Shown here one piece after another: positions 1 through 10,284 of a stretch of DNA of 32,000 nucleotides. Position 1 is the first letter of the stretch. Each line of letters opens with the position of its first letter. This DNA comes from Pyrobaculum aerophilum str. IM2 (GTDB lineage Archaea; Thermoproteota; Thermoprotei; Thermoproteales; Thermoproteaceae), in the NCBI RefSeq assembly GCF_000007225.1, contig NC_003364.1:1890001-1922000 (forward strand). The letters are read 5' to 3'. The translations under genes were made by a program, and so were the position numbers. Below the pieces are notes generated by a model. That model was not told where the DNA came from. It did not search any database and saw nothing but the letters and a program-made list of their open reading frames with translations.

Positions 1-1647
<1,647 letters not shown>

Positions 1648-1677
1648 AAACTTAAATAGTGAAATGTTGATAGGCAT

Positions 1678-2205
1678 ATGTCAATCTTTGACGAGTTTGA
1701 GAGATTTATGAGGAGGTGGCAGAAATTCTTCGAGGAAATTGAGAGGCAAATAGAAGAGGATTTCAGGAGATTCTCGGCACAGCCCCCTAGCTTTGGCAGC
1801 AGGCCTAGGTATTACTACTACGGCTTTGAGATAACCGTGGGCCCCGACGGCAAGCCCGTGGTGCGGGAGTTCGGCAACGTCCGCAGGAGGAGCGACGTGG
1901 AGAAAATAGAGGTAGTAGACGAAATAGATCCCCTGACTGACATAGTCGAGGAAGACGACAAAATTAAAGTGGTGGTTGACATGCCGGGCGTGGAGAAGGA
2001 CGACATAAAGCTGTACATCAGCGAGGACGGCAAGACTCTGACAATAGACGCAAAGGGCAAGGAGAGAAGGTACCACAAGGAAATTAAGCTACCCGCGGCC
2101 GTGGACCCCAGCAAGGCCAAGGCCACTTATAAAAACGGCGTTTTGTCAATAGAGTTGGAGAAGACGGAGAAAAAGAAAAAGGGATTTGAGATTAAAATCG
2201 ACTAG
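1678..2205 (+). CDS. hsp20: small heat-shock protein, Hsp20/alpha-crystallin family
   Basis: Alpha-crystallin domain VVDMPGVEKDDIKLYISEDGKTLTIDAKG...YHKEIKLPAAVDPSKAKATYKNGVLSIELEK. A TATA-like CTTAAATAG lies about 20 nt upstream of ATG 1678. Confidence 0.9.
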   Translation: MSIFDEFERFMRRWQKFFEEIERQIEEDFRRFSAQPPSFGSRPRYYYYGFEITVGPDGKPVVREFGNVRRRSDVEKIEVVDEIDPLTDIVEEDDKIKVVVDMPGVEKDDIKLYISEDGKTLTIDAKGKERRYHKEIKLPAAVDPSKAKATYKNGVLSIELEKTEKKKKGFEIKID

Positions 2206-2651
2206 GGGATTTCCTGGAGCAAAGCCTCTATCTTTTTCCTAATCTCTGCCACCTTCTTTTCGCAGTCCTCCACCCTCCTCTGCAACTCGCTATACGGCAC
2301 GAACCACTCGATTTTTGGCTCGCCGAAGGCCAACTTACCCCCCTCGATAGAGGCCTCCACAGATATTCTAACAATGTCAAGTTTGCCGACGCCCATTGAT
2401 ATCAGCTTTTCATAAATCTTTTTATTCAGCTCAGAGGTCGCCCTGACAATCTCCTCCCTCGGGACTACCCCTCCAAATACGGCGAAGGCAGTCCTCCTCA
2501 ACTTGTCGGCAAATCTAGCCGCGACGACTACTCCAGTTCTGATCTCATACCTATTAGGCTCTTTGAGGAGGTGGCCTCCATATAGCTCTATATTTTCCTG
2601 TGCCTTTTCCATGTCGCGTTGTATATTTTCTTCTAATTTCCAAGTAGCCAT
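2202..2651 (-). CDS. hypothetical protein (149 aa) with a C-terminal coiled-coil-like helix
   Basis: Clean ORF with an ATG start. It converges on hsp20 with a 4-nt overlap and shares an AT-rich divergent promoter region (2652-2690) with the next gene. I recognise no motif with confidence. Confidence 0.6.
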   Translation of the reverse strand: MATWKLEENIQRDMEKAQENIELYGGHLLKEPNRYEIRTGVVVAARFADKLRRTAFAVFGGVVPREEIVRATSELNKKIYEKLISMGVGKLDIVRISVEASIEGGKLAFGEPKIEWFVPYSELQRRVEDCEKKVAEIRKKIEALLQEIP

Positions 2652-2659
2652 ATGTAAGT

Positions 2660-3820
2660 ATGAGACTATATTTAAATTATTGCGATATGTTTTTTACCGC
2701 ATTTCATTTAATCGCCGTGGATATTATCGTCAAGACGAGGAGGGAGTTTGAGAGAATAGCGGCGTCGCACATAAGGGAGATCCTGGGCCCCGGGGTTGAG
2801 GTAGAGCCGGCGCCCATGGGGTATTTGGGAGTGGTATTTGTAAAGGGGTTGGGAGAGGGGAAGTGGAGAGCGGCGGAGCAAATAGCCAATAGAGTCCCGG
2901 AGGCAGACAGAGTGCTTGTAGTCGAGGGCTTAGTAAAGGCGGAGCTGGGGGAGATAGAGAGAGCCGCCGCCGAGGTGGCCAGGCGTTACATTACGGCCAG
3001 CGACACCTTTGCCATAAGGACGACGAGGAGGGGGGCTCACAGCTTTACGTCAATAGAGGTAAACGTGAGGGCCGGGGCCGCCGTTAAAGAGGCCACGGGG
3101 GCTGAGGTGGATTTAGAAGAGCCGTCAAAGCCCCTGTATATAGAAATTTTCCAAGACACAGCCGCTATATGCATCCCCGCCACTAAGGAGTACAGAAAAC
3201 TACGCCGCGATAAGCCGCTGGCGCTTCACGTGTTTAGAAAAGTTGCTCTGGGGCAGTTCGTGTACGAAGGAGATGAAGAGGCCGTGCGCAAAATGGGCGA
3301 GAGAATTGGACGCGCCGTGCAGACCTTTGAAGTGGGGGAGCTGACAATACTCCTGCACAAGCCGGTGCAAGGCCGCGCCCTCCGCGCATTTATACAAGCT
3401 GTTGAAGAGGGAATAGAGAGCAGGTACCAGATACAAGTCAAGAGCTACGGCAGGGCCGTCTGGAAAGTCCCCGTCTACGTCTACGAGCTTTACCAGTATG
3501 TCAGGGCCAGAGAGGGCGAGCCCATAGTGGTCACCGACCCCAAGGGGGATTATATAACACACGTCAAGGAGAGGCTGGCAGAGCTGTTCGCCAGGGACAG
3601 AGTGAACATTCTCATAGGCGCAAGAGAGGGCGTGCCGCCGGGGGTGTTCAGATTCGCCTCCCTAGTGGTAGACCTCGTGCCTGAGGTGACAATCGCCACA
3701 GACTTCGTAGTGCCGTCGCTGGCCATAGCCCTCATAAGCGCGCTGGAAGAGGCAGGAGCCCTGCCAAAATACGCGGGGAAAAGGCCAAAGACGCCGACAC
3801 ACGCACGTCATGACCGCTAA
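2660..3820 (+). CDS. THUMP-domain RNA-binding protein fused to a SPOUT (SpoU-like) methyltransferase domain; putative tRNA/rRNA modification enzyme. The start is uncertain (2660, ATG 2687 or GTG 2717).
   Basis: THUMP-like segment: TFAIRTTRRGAHSFTSIEVNVRAGAAVKEATGAEVDLEEPSKPLYIEIFQDTAAICI. C-terminal SPOUT knot-like motifs: ILIGAREGVPPGVF...LVVDLVPEVTIATDFVVPSLAIALISALEE. The first codons overlap a TATATTTAAATTA element, so the true start is probably downstream. Confidence 0.6.
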   Translation: MRLYLNYCDMFFTAFHLIAVDIIVKTRREFERIAASHIREILGPGVEVEPAPMGYLGVVFVKGLGEGKWRAAEQIANRVPEADRVLVVEGLVKAELGEIERAAAEVARRYITASDTFAIRTTRRGAHSFTSIEVNVRAGAAVKEATGAEVDLEEPSKPLYIEIFQDTAAICIPATKEYRKLRRDKPLALHVFRKVALGQFVYEGDEEAVRKMGERIGRAVQTFEVGELTILLHKPVQGRALRAFIQAVEEGIESRYQIQVKSYGRAVWKVPVYVYELYQYVRAREGEPIVVTDPKGDYITHVKERLAELFARDRVNILIGAREGVPPGVFRFASLVVDLVPEVTIATDFVVPSLAIALISALEEAGALPKYAGKRPKTPTHARHDR

Positions 3821-3886
3821 GTGTTCAACGAAAAAAGACAAAACATGTGAGAAGTTAGGGCTACGGCGGCTTTTCGATCCCGCGCA

Positions 3887-4225
3887 ATGAGAATAAAGTG
3901 GATAGTTATTGTAATCGCATTAGTCCTTTCTTGGCTCGTCGCGCTTTATTTGAGACTCTCGTGGGGGTGCAGTCTGAGTTATGACGTCGAGTGTTTCAGC
4001 ACAGCGCCCGGCGGGGGTGTTGTGTGGTCGCCGTGTAGCTACGACGGCGAAATAAAAATTGAGCCCGACATCCCGCTCAACTGGTTGGAGTGGGCCAAAT
4101 TTACGTGCGTCGCCGGCGGGAGGGTTGGGAACAAGACGTACGTAGTTTTCACGAGGGAAGTCGGCCTAATTATGTTGGAAGACTCGCCTTCTCACTGGAA
4201 GACACCGTCAGGTGCTACTGCGTGA
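3887..4225 (+). CDS. hypothetical membrane-anchored protein (112 aa)
   Basis: N-terminal hydrophobic anchor IKWIVIVIALVLSWLVALYL followed by a Cys-containing ectodomain. It overlaps the upstream extension of the next ORF in another frame. Confidence 0.45.
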   Translation: MRIKWIVIVIALVLSWLVALYLRLSWGCSLSYDVECFSTAPGGGVVWSPCSYDGEIKIEPDIPLNWLEWAKFTCVAGGRVGNKTYVVFTREVGLIMLEDSPSHWKTPSGATA

Positions 4226-4254
4226 GGCATTGCTGTATAACCGTCGCCGTGCCG

Positions 4255-4575
4255 ATGGCGGTGAAAATCGCCAGTGACGTCGACAGCGGCACGGGCCTCT
4301 TGGGGCTGAAAACGGGATACCGCGACGTTGTGGAGAACGGCACATGGCGCGGCGTGCCTCTCCACTATTCCGACGTGGCGTTTGGGCCCGACGGCGTGTA
4401 TCTGGCGGTTAGGAATACCTGGGTTGTGAAGGAAATAGCCGGCGAGCCCTTGTCAAATTGTTTTTACGTCGTAAAAGTCAAGCTTGATAAAGAGAGGCTG
4501 AGGCTCGGCAGACTTGTAAATCTCACATCGGGGACTTTTATAAAAATCGAGGCGACCGATAGGAGGAAAAAATAA
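4255..4575 (+). CDS. hypothetical protein (106 aa from ATG 4255; the ORF track extends it to 4090)
   Basis: Beta-rich-looking sequence [63 protein letters not shown]... The 4090 start lies inside the preceding ORF, so ATG 4255 (30 nt after its stop) is more plausible. Confidence 0.45.
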   Translation: MAVKIASDVDSGTGLLGLKTGYRDVVENGTWRGVPLHYSDVAFGPDGVYLAVRNTWVVKEIAGEPLSNCFYVVKVKLDKERLRLGRLVNLTSGTFIKIEATDRRKK

Positions 4576-4598
4576 ATAGACGTTTGAACTTGCGTCCG

Positions 4599-5000
4599 AT
4601 GTCCTCAGAGCAACAAAAACTGAGGTGGGGAATTGCGTGGATATACTCCTCGTCAAACAACACTATAATAACAATTACCGACTTAACCGGGGCGGAGACA
4701 GTGGCGCGCGTAAGCGGCGGACAAGTCGTGAGGGCAGATAAAGACAAGCCATCTCCGTGGGCAGCCATGCAGGCCGCGTATAAAGCGGCGCAACTGGCCC
4801 TGGCCAGGGGGATAAACGCAGTACATATAAAAGTCAGGGGGCCAGGCGGATATGGTATGAAAGTGCCTGGACCCGGCGCCTCGGCCGCTATAAGAGCGCT
4901 GGCCCGGTCAGGCCTAGTCATCGGCCGCATAGAGGACGTCACGCCGATTCCGCACGACATAATCAGGCCGCCCAGCGGGCGCAAGGGCAGGAGAGTCTAA
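4599..5000 (+). CDS. rps11: 30S ribosomal protein S11 (uS11)
   Basis: [30 protein letters not shown]...KVRGPGGYG...[31 protein letters not shown]...[11 protein letters not shown] is typical uS11. The TATA-like AAAAATAAATAG at about 4568-4580 favours ATG 4599 over the track's TTG 4584. Confidence 0.92.
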   Translation: MSSEQQKLRWGIAWIYSSSNNTIITITDLTGAETVARVSGGQVVRADKDKPSPWAAMQAAYKAAQLALARGINAVHIKVRGPGGYGMKVPGPGASAAIRALARSGLVIGRIEDVTPIPHDIIRPPSGRKGRRV

Positions 5001-5272
5001 TGGAGAAGAGAGACTGCCTCATCGCCGTTATTGAAAACTGCGGCGGCCAGCCGGCCGCCAGCTCTCTAAAAGACCTCCTCAGACAAGCCCGCATAAAGGC
5101 GAGGAAGTTAGTAATAATAAGCGCTTGCGGAAAGCTCGGCAAGGTTTTCCCAATTGTGAGACAGATAGCCAGCGACAACATGGACTTCCCCGTGAGGCAC
5201 TATCACCAAGTGGAAATACCGCAAGCAGCCGCGCTTGAAAACTGCGCCGCCTATGAAGTTATAAAAGTGTGA
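5000..5272 (+). CDS. hypothetical protein (90 aa), translationally coupled to rps11
   Basis: The ATG overlaps the S11 stop (TAATG at 4998-5002). I recognise no family. Confidence 0.5.
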   Translation: MEKRDCLIAVIENCGGQPAASSLKDLLRQARIKARKLVIISACGKLGKVFPIVRQIASDNMDFPVRHYHQVEIPQAAALENCAAYEVIKV

Positions 5273-5284
5273 CTATTTCTAAAT

Positions 5285-5334
5285 GTGATGAGGAGGCATT
5301 TGCGGCAGTAGATGGCCGGCGCCGGAAAAGCTGA
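5285..5334 (+). ncRNA. candidate C/D box sRNA (about 50 nt)
   Basis: Canonical C box GTGATGA (5285-5291) and D box CTGA (5331-5334) lie 50 nt apart, followed by TTTT. The internal D'/C' boxes are poor. It sits directly after the stop of the 90-aa ORF. Confidence 0.35.
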
Positions 5335-5551
5335 TTTTACAGGCGCGCGGCTTTCACCAGCTGTACCTACTCCCCTTGCCAGTCAACGCCTTTAACACAG
5401 CGGCTTGTCGTCCCTGAGAAATTTTTCACCGCCCCAGCTATTTCTATACGCCACTCTCACTGAGATATTACCAGGCTTTAACAAGAGTCCTTTAATTGTT
5501 TAGCATATGAGCAGTGGACTGTAAAGTTTTTAAACTCTTTTTTTTGAACGT

Positions 5552-7057
5552 ATGCGAAAGTTAAAGACCACGGCTAGACTCGTAGCGTTTGCCGCGCTGT
5601 TTGTTGTGATGTTGTCCGCCCTCCTCTTCATGACCGCACACCAGCAACCTAAATTGAAAGAAGGAGAGGCGTCAGAGCCGCCTACAGTAGGAGGGATGGC
5701 GACTACAGCTGTGTCGAAGGAGGCGGCGCCCACACCGCCAGTTGCAGCGGAGGGCTCGACAGCTACTCCGTTAGCAGAGGCGCACGCGGGGGACGGTATG
5801 GCGTCAGCCCGGCGCGGCTCGTTGAGGGTGTACATAGAGGACGACCTCGGGCCTATAAACGGGTCAGTGTTTGTATTGCCGGCGGCTCCGCCTAATTATA
5901 CAATGCCCGCCGTAGTTAAGCCCGTGTCTGTGATCAAGGGCAGTGGGACTGCGCCGAAATACGCAGTAGAGGTCATAAGGAACTGGACTGCCCACAAAGC
6001 CCATAAAATCGGCGTGATGTTAATAGTCATCAACGGGACAGATGTGGCCATCACCACGGCGGCAATAGACCCAAGGGAAGTAGCCAGAGCACTGGAGTCT
6101 GGACAGGACTACGAAATAAAGGCGAAGGTAAGGGGCAAGGTGAAGAGGCAGAGCCAAGAGCGAGGCCAGTTAAGCTTCGCGGCATGCCCCGAAGCTGAGA
6201 TGGTTAAGGAGGATGAATTTGAAGGGGGCTGGATTATGACTCCGCTAATACGCGTCAAAAACAACGCAGATGTATACGGCACTTTCAGCATTAGCCTTGC
6301 TTCAGTGTATGAGAAGAGGTTCAGCTTTGGCTTTGCCATACAAGAAGATATAAAAGATTTGATAAATGTAAACTTTGGGATAGAAGCCTACGCCTATAGC
6401 TTAGGCGGACAATACGCCGGTTCAGACAGTTCCACAATACCTCCCAAAGGTGGCGTATGGGCCATTTCTATTTACACGTGGGGGAGATATGAGATTTATA
6501 GAATTGTGTACTACGCCAGTGATCCAAAAGGTTGCCTCATATTAGATGAGGACTGGCTCTACAGGGTGTACCCAAATAGCGTATTGACAGATGGTAACAC
6601 GATAGTCATGAGCGTCGCTGATGTTACTAATATGCCCGAGGCAGTGGTGCCGGGGACCGAGGCCATAGTATATGCGTACTACGGCGGCACAGGCTCATCG
6701 CCACCATACTATAAAATCGATACGATTAATCTAGCTGGCTGGTTCTACCAAGAGTGTCCGGGTTCTATCCCTGCGCCTGATGTGGGCGCTGGGATGGATT
6801 TAGGCAAGTTGATAAAGGACTACGCCTCAAAGGTGGGCAGGATTATTGCAGAGAGATTTACGAAAGTGTTGGAGATGGTGGGCACAGACGTTGCTTGGAC
6901 TGGCGGCACTAGTGTCTTTGTGGTACTAGGCAATGTGAGATTTGACGCACCGCGAGGTGCGCAGTTCTCCGTCTACTTCTACACTACGCAGACCAAGGTG
7001 GAGATACCGAGTTGCGGAAAGGTAGACCTGCCGTTTATATACGCCGAGTTTAGGTAA
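5552..7057 (+). CDS. hypothetical surface/secreted protein (501 aa) with an N-terminal anchor and a Pro/Thr/Ala-rich linker
   Basis: Signal-anchor LVAFAALFVVMLSALLFMTA, then linker EPPTVGGMATTAVSKEAAPTPPVAAEGSTATP, then a large beta-rich-looking domain. The promoter-like AAAGTTTTTAAAC lies about 20 nt upstream and a T7 run follows the stop. Confidence 0.75.
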   Translation: MRKLKTTARLVAFAALFVVMLSALLFMTAHQQPKLKEGEASEPPTVGGMATTAVSKEAAPTPPVAAEGSTATPLAEAHAGDGMASARRGSLRVYIEDDLGPINGSVFVLPAAPPNYTMPAVVKPVSVIKGSGTAPKYAVEVIRNWTAHKAHKIGVMLIVINGTDVAITTAAIDPREVARALESGQDYEIKAKVRGKVKRQSQERGQLSFAACPEAEMVKEDEFEGGWIMTPLIRVKNNADVYGTFSISLASVYEKRFSFGFAIQEDIKDLINVNFGIEAYAYSLGGQYAGSDSSTIPPKGGVWAISIYTWGRYEIYRIVYYASDPKGCLILDEDWLYRVYPNSVLTDGNTIVMSVADVTNMPEAVVPGTEAIVYAYYGGTGSSPPYYKIDTINLAGWFYQECPGSIPAPDVGAGMDLGKLIKDYASKVGRIIAERFTKVLEMVGTDVAWTGGTSVFVVLGNVRFDAPRGAQFSVYFYTTQTKVEIPSCGKVDLPFIYAEFR

Positions 7058-7073
7058 AATTTCAACACTACTC

Positions 7074-7080
7074 TTTTTTT
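7074..7080 (+). terminator. oligo-T run (T7), likely archaeal transcription terminator of the 501-aa gene
   Basis: ctcTTTTTTTaag lies 17 nt after the stop at 7057. Confidence 0.5.
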
Positions 7081-7386
7081 AAGAAACGAAACAGCTCTTA
7101 ATCAGCGCTTGTATTTTTAATTATAACGGTATATGGGCTCAGCCTTAAACCCTCGCTTCGTGTTTGTAAAAAGAATAGAGATCTAACCGTTGCTGAAATC
7201 CCCAAAGAGGCGCTTTAACCTATCCTGCCACTAGCCCGACACGCCGACGCAGTAACTAACATCTCCGCCGCAGAGCTCTTCAGTGCCGAAAACTCCCAAT
7301 TTAACGCGCTTTGAGCTCAACAACGCGGGACTCTCCAGCGGCACCAGAAAAGCTGATTTTTAAACCTCTATTTTAACAGTGTATAG

Positions 7387-7433
7387 TTGATGAAGACAAG
7401 GGTATGACCGGTGATTACGCTGAGCTACGCTGA
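7387..7433 (+). ncRNA. candidate C/D box sRNA
   Basis: Box layout: C box TTGATGA (7387-7393), 10-nt guide, D'-like ATGA (7404-7407), 3-nt spacer CCG, C' GTGATTA (7411-7417), 12-nt guide CGCTGAGCTACG, D box CTGA (7430-7433). The spacing fits the archaeal C/D architecture. Confidence 0.5.
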
Positions 7434-7478
7434 AACGCGCCTCGTTAAAGCCTTTTATATAAATATCATTGTATAGAC

Positions 7479-8570
7479 GTGGAGGCCGTTTTGAGCAGGG
7501 CTTTGCCCGACGGCAGAGTGGAGTGTACTGCGTGCGCCAGGAGGTGTAAGCTCAGGGAGGGGCAGACGGGGTTCTGCGGCGTGAGGACAGTCAGAGGGGG
7601 GAGGCTCGTGCTAGACGTATATGGGCTCATCTCGGCAATAGCCATAGACCCCATTGAGAAAAAGCCGCTGACCCACTTCTACCCGGGCGCCCTGGTCCTC
7701 TCCTTCTCCACGTTTGGATGCAACTGGGCCTGTCAATACTGCCAGAACTTTGAAATAAGCCAGAGGAGGCGCGCCGAGGGGTTTGAGGTCACCCCCGAGC
7801 TCTTAGTAAAAATGGCCGAAAGCTACGGAGCCCACGGCATTACTTATACGTACAACGAGCCGACGATATTTATGGAGTTCGCCCACGACGTGGGAGTCCT
7901 GGCCAAGTCTAAGGGGCTGTTCAACACCTTCGTCACTAACGGCTACATGACGCCGGAGGCTGTGAAATACGCCAGCGAGTTTCTAGACGCGGCCACGGTG
8001 GACTTCAAGGGAAATGCCGACGAGAAGTTCATGAGGAAGTACATCTACGTCCCAGACGCCGAGCCCATATTTGAAACCCTCGCCGAGATGAAAAGATACG
8101 GGATATGGGTAGAGGTGACAGACTTGGTAGTGCCCAAAGTCGGCGACGATTTAGAAAAGGCGAGGAGGCTCGTGAGGCGCGTCATAGACATAGTAGGCCC
8201 CGACGTGCCCATTCACTTCCTGCGCTTCCACCCAGACTACAAAATGATGGACCTCCCCCCAACGCCGGTGGAAACGCTGGAAAAACACGTAGAAGTGGCG
8301 AAAAAAGAGGGGGCGAGGTTTGCGTACGTGGGCAACGTGCCGGGGCACCGCTATGAACACACCTACTGCCCCGAGTGCGGCAGAGTCGTAATAAAGCGGA
8401 GGGGCTTTGACATATTAGAAATAAACCTGGTGGAGAAGGGAGGCGAGTACCGCTGTAAGTTCTGCGGCGCGAAAATACCCATAAAGGGGAAGATCATGCC
8501 CACTTGGAGAGACGAATTCCGCTTTGTCTACGTCCCAATACAGACCTTCGCCAGGTGGGTAAGGCGGTAG
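7479..8570 (+). CDS. radical SAM enzyme, AmmeMemoRadiSam-system / PflA-like activase family
   Basis: N-terminal Cys cluster [23 protein letters not shown], then [14 protein letters not shown], then the radical-SAM motif [11 protein letters not shown] (CxxxCxxC), and a C-terminal CPECG...CKFCG zinc ribbon. The start is GTG, about 20 nt after TTTTATATAAATA. Confidence 0.88.
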   Translation: MEAVLSRALPDGRVECTACARRCKLREGQTGFCGVRTVRGGRLVLDVYGLISAIAIDPIEKKPLTHFYPGALVLSFSTFGCNWACQYCQNFEISQRRRAEGFEVTPELLVKMAESYGAHGITYTYNEPTIFMEFAHDVGVLAKSKGLFNTFVTNGYMTPEAVKYASEFLDAATVDFKGNADEKFMRKYIYVPDAEPIFETLAEMKRYGIWVEVTDLVVPKVGDDLEKARRLVRRVIDIVGPDVPIHFLRFHPDYKMMDLPPTPVETLEKHVEVAKKEGARFAYVGNVPGHRYEHTYCPECGRVVIKRRGFDILEINLVEKGGEYRCKFCGAKIPIKGKIMPTWRDEFRFVYVPIQTFARWVRR

Positions 8571-8721
8571 CCGCGCTCAAAATCAAGCGCCGACGGGCTG
8601 TATTTTGGCCCCCCATCCCCACTGCGCCTTTAACAGCCGCTCGACATGCTCACTCGCACTGCCAGGAGTTCAAAACACAGCGCCGAGAGGCGCAGACAAT
8701 TTAACACGCTTTACAAATATC

Positions 8722-9654
8722 GTTTCAACTATCTTTATGATTGATTTCTGGTGTCGTTGAGTCCAGGTACTATTAGGCATTTCTTGCCCTGGCGCGTTTC
8801 AACTATCTTTTGATTTCTGGTTGATTTCTGGGCAAAAAGGAGTCATGCCCAAAAAGCCAAAAAACCCAATACTGTTTCAACTATCTTCTGATTTCTGGGA
8901 TGTTTACTTTCTGGTACAGAGCAAGGATGTCGAAGTATTAAGGATACGCATAGAGACAAAAGATGTGTTTCAACTATCTTTTGATTTCTGGATTATGAGG
9001 CCCTTAATTCTCGCCGGGCCTCCAAAGGCGGGGTTTCAACTATCTTTTGATTTCTGGACAGTGCTCTATATCGAGGGACGCGGTAAACTGAAGTTAAGTT
9101 TCAACTATCTTTTGATTTCTGGTACTCCTATTGAATTTCTGCCGAGCAGTTTTGCCTCTATGAGTTTCAACTATCTTTTGATTTCTGGATATTTATCTTG
9201 TTTGCGCTCGCATGAGTAGAGTGGAAACTGTTTCAACTATCTTTTGATTTCTGGTGGTGTAGATAACAGAGAATTATTAGATACGCTCTTTGTTGTTTCA
9301 ACTATCTTTTGATTTCTGGATATCAATGGCAGGAGGCCGAGCAACATGACTCCTATCGCCGTTTCAACTATCTTTTGATTTCTGGATCAGGCCCGACAGA
9401 CTCATAGTCGTAACGGACAAATACCTGTTTCAACTATCTTTTGATTTCTGGATAGTGGTGGAAAAGTGATTGTAGTCACTTGGGACGCAGAAGTGTTTCA
9501 ACTATCTTTTGATTTCTGGCTTATTCACTGATATCCGCTTAAGTTACCACGAGCCAGCGTTTCAACTATCTTTTGATTTCTGGCAAGCTGGCCGGCAGGC
9601 ACCCTGCGGCCTTGGATAGAATTATACAAGTTTCAACTATCTTTTGATTTCTGG
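8722..9654 (-). CRISPR. CRISPR array, 14 repeats of 25 nt. Plus-strand reading is GTTTCAACTATCTTTTGATTTCTGG; the transcribed sense is probably CCAGAAATCAAAAGATAGTTGAAAC.
   Basis: Repeats start at 8722 (degenerate, 5-nt insertion), 8796, 8874 (1 mismatch), 8967, 9033, 9098, 9164, 9230, 9295, 9361, 9427, 9495, 9559 and 9630. Spacers are mostly 39-46 nt and all differ. The minus-sense repeat ends in GTTGAAAC, resembling the ATTGAAAG-type 5'-handle of crenarchaeal crRNAs. The degenerate repeats are all at the 8722 end, which is therefore the trailer. Confidence 0.97.
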
Positions 9655-9888
9655 GGCTTGCGTTTAAAGTTCTTTTGGGTTTTTAAGTTTTTCTTTGGTT
9701 TTTTGTCTTGCGGCAAGCGCCTTTTCACACTCACTTTACATTCATATATTTCCCTGTCCGCCGACGGCGTATGTCATTTTTCGCCGTGATGATAACGGCA
9801 GAGGGCAGAAACGGCGCATATCCAACGCCGTTTTTCGCCGCACTATCTCGCCGTTCCTTTACATTCATATAAACAAATGTTTTAAAAT
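9655..9888 (-). promoter_or_regulatory. probable CRISPR leader (AT/T-rich, with internal direct repeats)
   Basis: It adjoins the intact end of the array. On the minus strand AAAAACTTAAAAACC lies about 30 nt upstream of the first repeat. CTTTACATTCATATA occurs twice (9734-9748, 9857-9871) and TTTTTCGCCG twice (9777-9786, 9831-9840). Confidence 0.6.
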
Positions 9889-10284
9889 GTGGAGGATGTG
9901 GGGGGCATGTACCTCTACATAGGCCTGGTTGAGATAAGGGGCGTTAGGGGTTACATGTGGCTTTTGGGGAGGAGGCTGTATTTAAAGTTCAGCTGGCGGG
10001 CGCGGGACACTTATTTCCTCGGCAATCTCGCAAATCCCCTTTCAATTGCGGTGAGGTTGAAAAGGCTGTTGCCAAAGCCAGTTGACGTGAGGGCGGCGGC
10101 TTATGCGGTGGCGAGAGCGCTGGCAATGGCGAAATACGTGGCTGAGAAGTGCAGAGACAGCCCGACTTGGAAAGTTAAGACTTGGGAGTTGAAAATGGCC
10201 GTTGAAGACGCAATTACGTACTTGCAGTGGATTTGGCCGCGGACAACGCGGTTGTTTTCGCCAAGGGAGCCGCCGTGGGCCTAG
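9889..10284 (+). CDS. hypothetical protein (131 aa; alternative ATG start at 9907)
   Basis: ORF diverging from the CRISPR leader. CATATAAACAAA lies about 25-30 nt upstream of ATG 9907. I recognise no motif. Confidence 0.45.
   Translation: MEDVGGMYLYIGLVEIRGVRGYMWLLGRRLYLKFSWRARDTYFLGNLANPLSIAVRLKRLLPKPVDVRAAAYAVARALAMAKYVAEKCRDSPTWKVKTWELKMAVEDAITYLQWIWPRTTRLFSPREPPWA

Noticed and set aside
4538-4984. 148-aa minus-strand ORF
   Set aside because: It is antisense to the ribosomal protein S11 gene and Ala/Pro/Gly-rich, a shadow ORF.
5318-7360. 19/21-nt match GGC(G/A)CC(G/A)GAAAAGCTGATTTT at 5318-5338 and 7340-7360, bracketing the 501-aa gene; considered as possible terminal repeats of a cassette
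   Set aside because: A rough estimate gives about 0.4 chance matches of this quality among all position pairs in a 32-kb window on both strands. There is no extended similarity beyond the 21 nt. The right copy has no C box upstream.
8504-8704. 66-aa ORF spanning the end of the radical SAM gene and the intergenic region
   Set aside because: It is an alternative-frame overlap with a well-supported gene, followed by non-coding sequence. It has no promoter or motif support.
5385-8711. Recurring short motif (C/G)CTTTAAC / CAATTTAAC(R)CGCTTT in the intergenic regions at about 5385, 5478, 7211, 7293, 8626 and 8694
   Set aside because: The motifs are too short and degenerate to separate from generic TTTAA-type promoter-like sequence. 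I could not build a convincing longer alignment by eye.
8821-9219. 132-aa plus-strand ORF in the track
   Set aside because: It is a translation of the CRISPR array itself. The periodic peptide FQLSFDFW comes from the repeat. It is not a gene.
9785-9840. GTGATGA (C-box-like) in the CRISPR leader as a possible C/D sRNA
   Set aside because: There is no CTGA D box at the required 45-60 nt distance, and no C'/D' organisation.
9695-9922. 75-aa ORF inside the CRISPR leader
   Set aside because: It lies in low-complexity, repeat-containing leader DNA, has no promoter context of its own, and overlaps the likely promoter of the 9889/9907 ORF.
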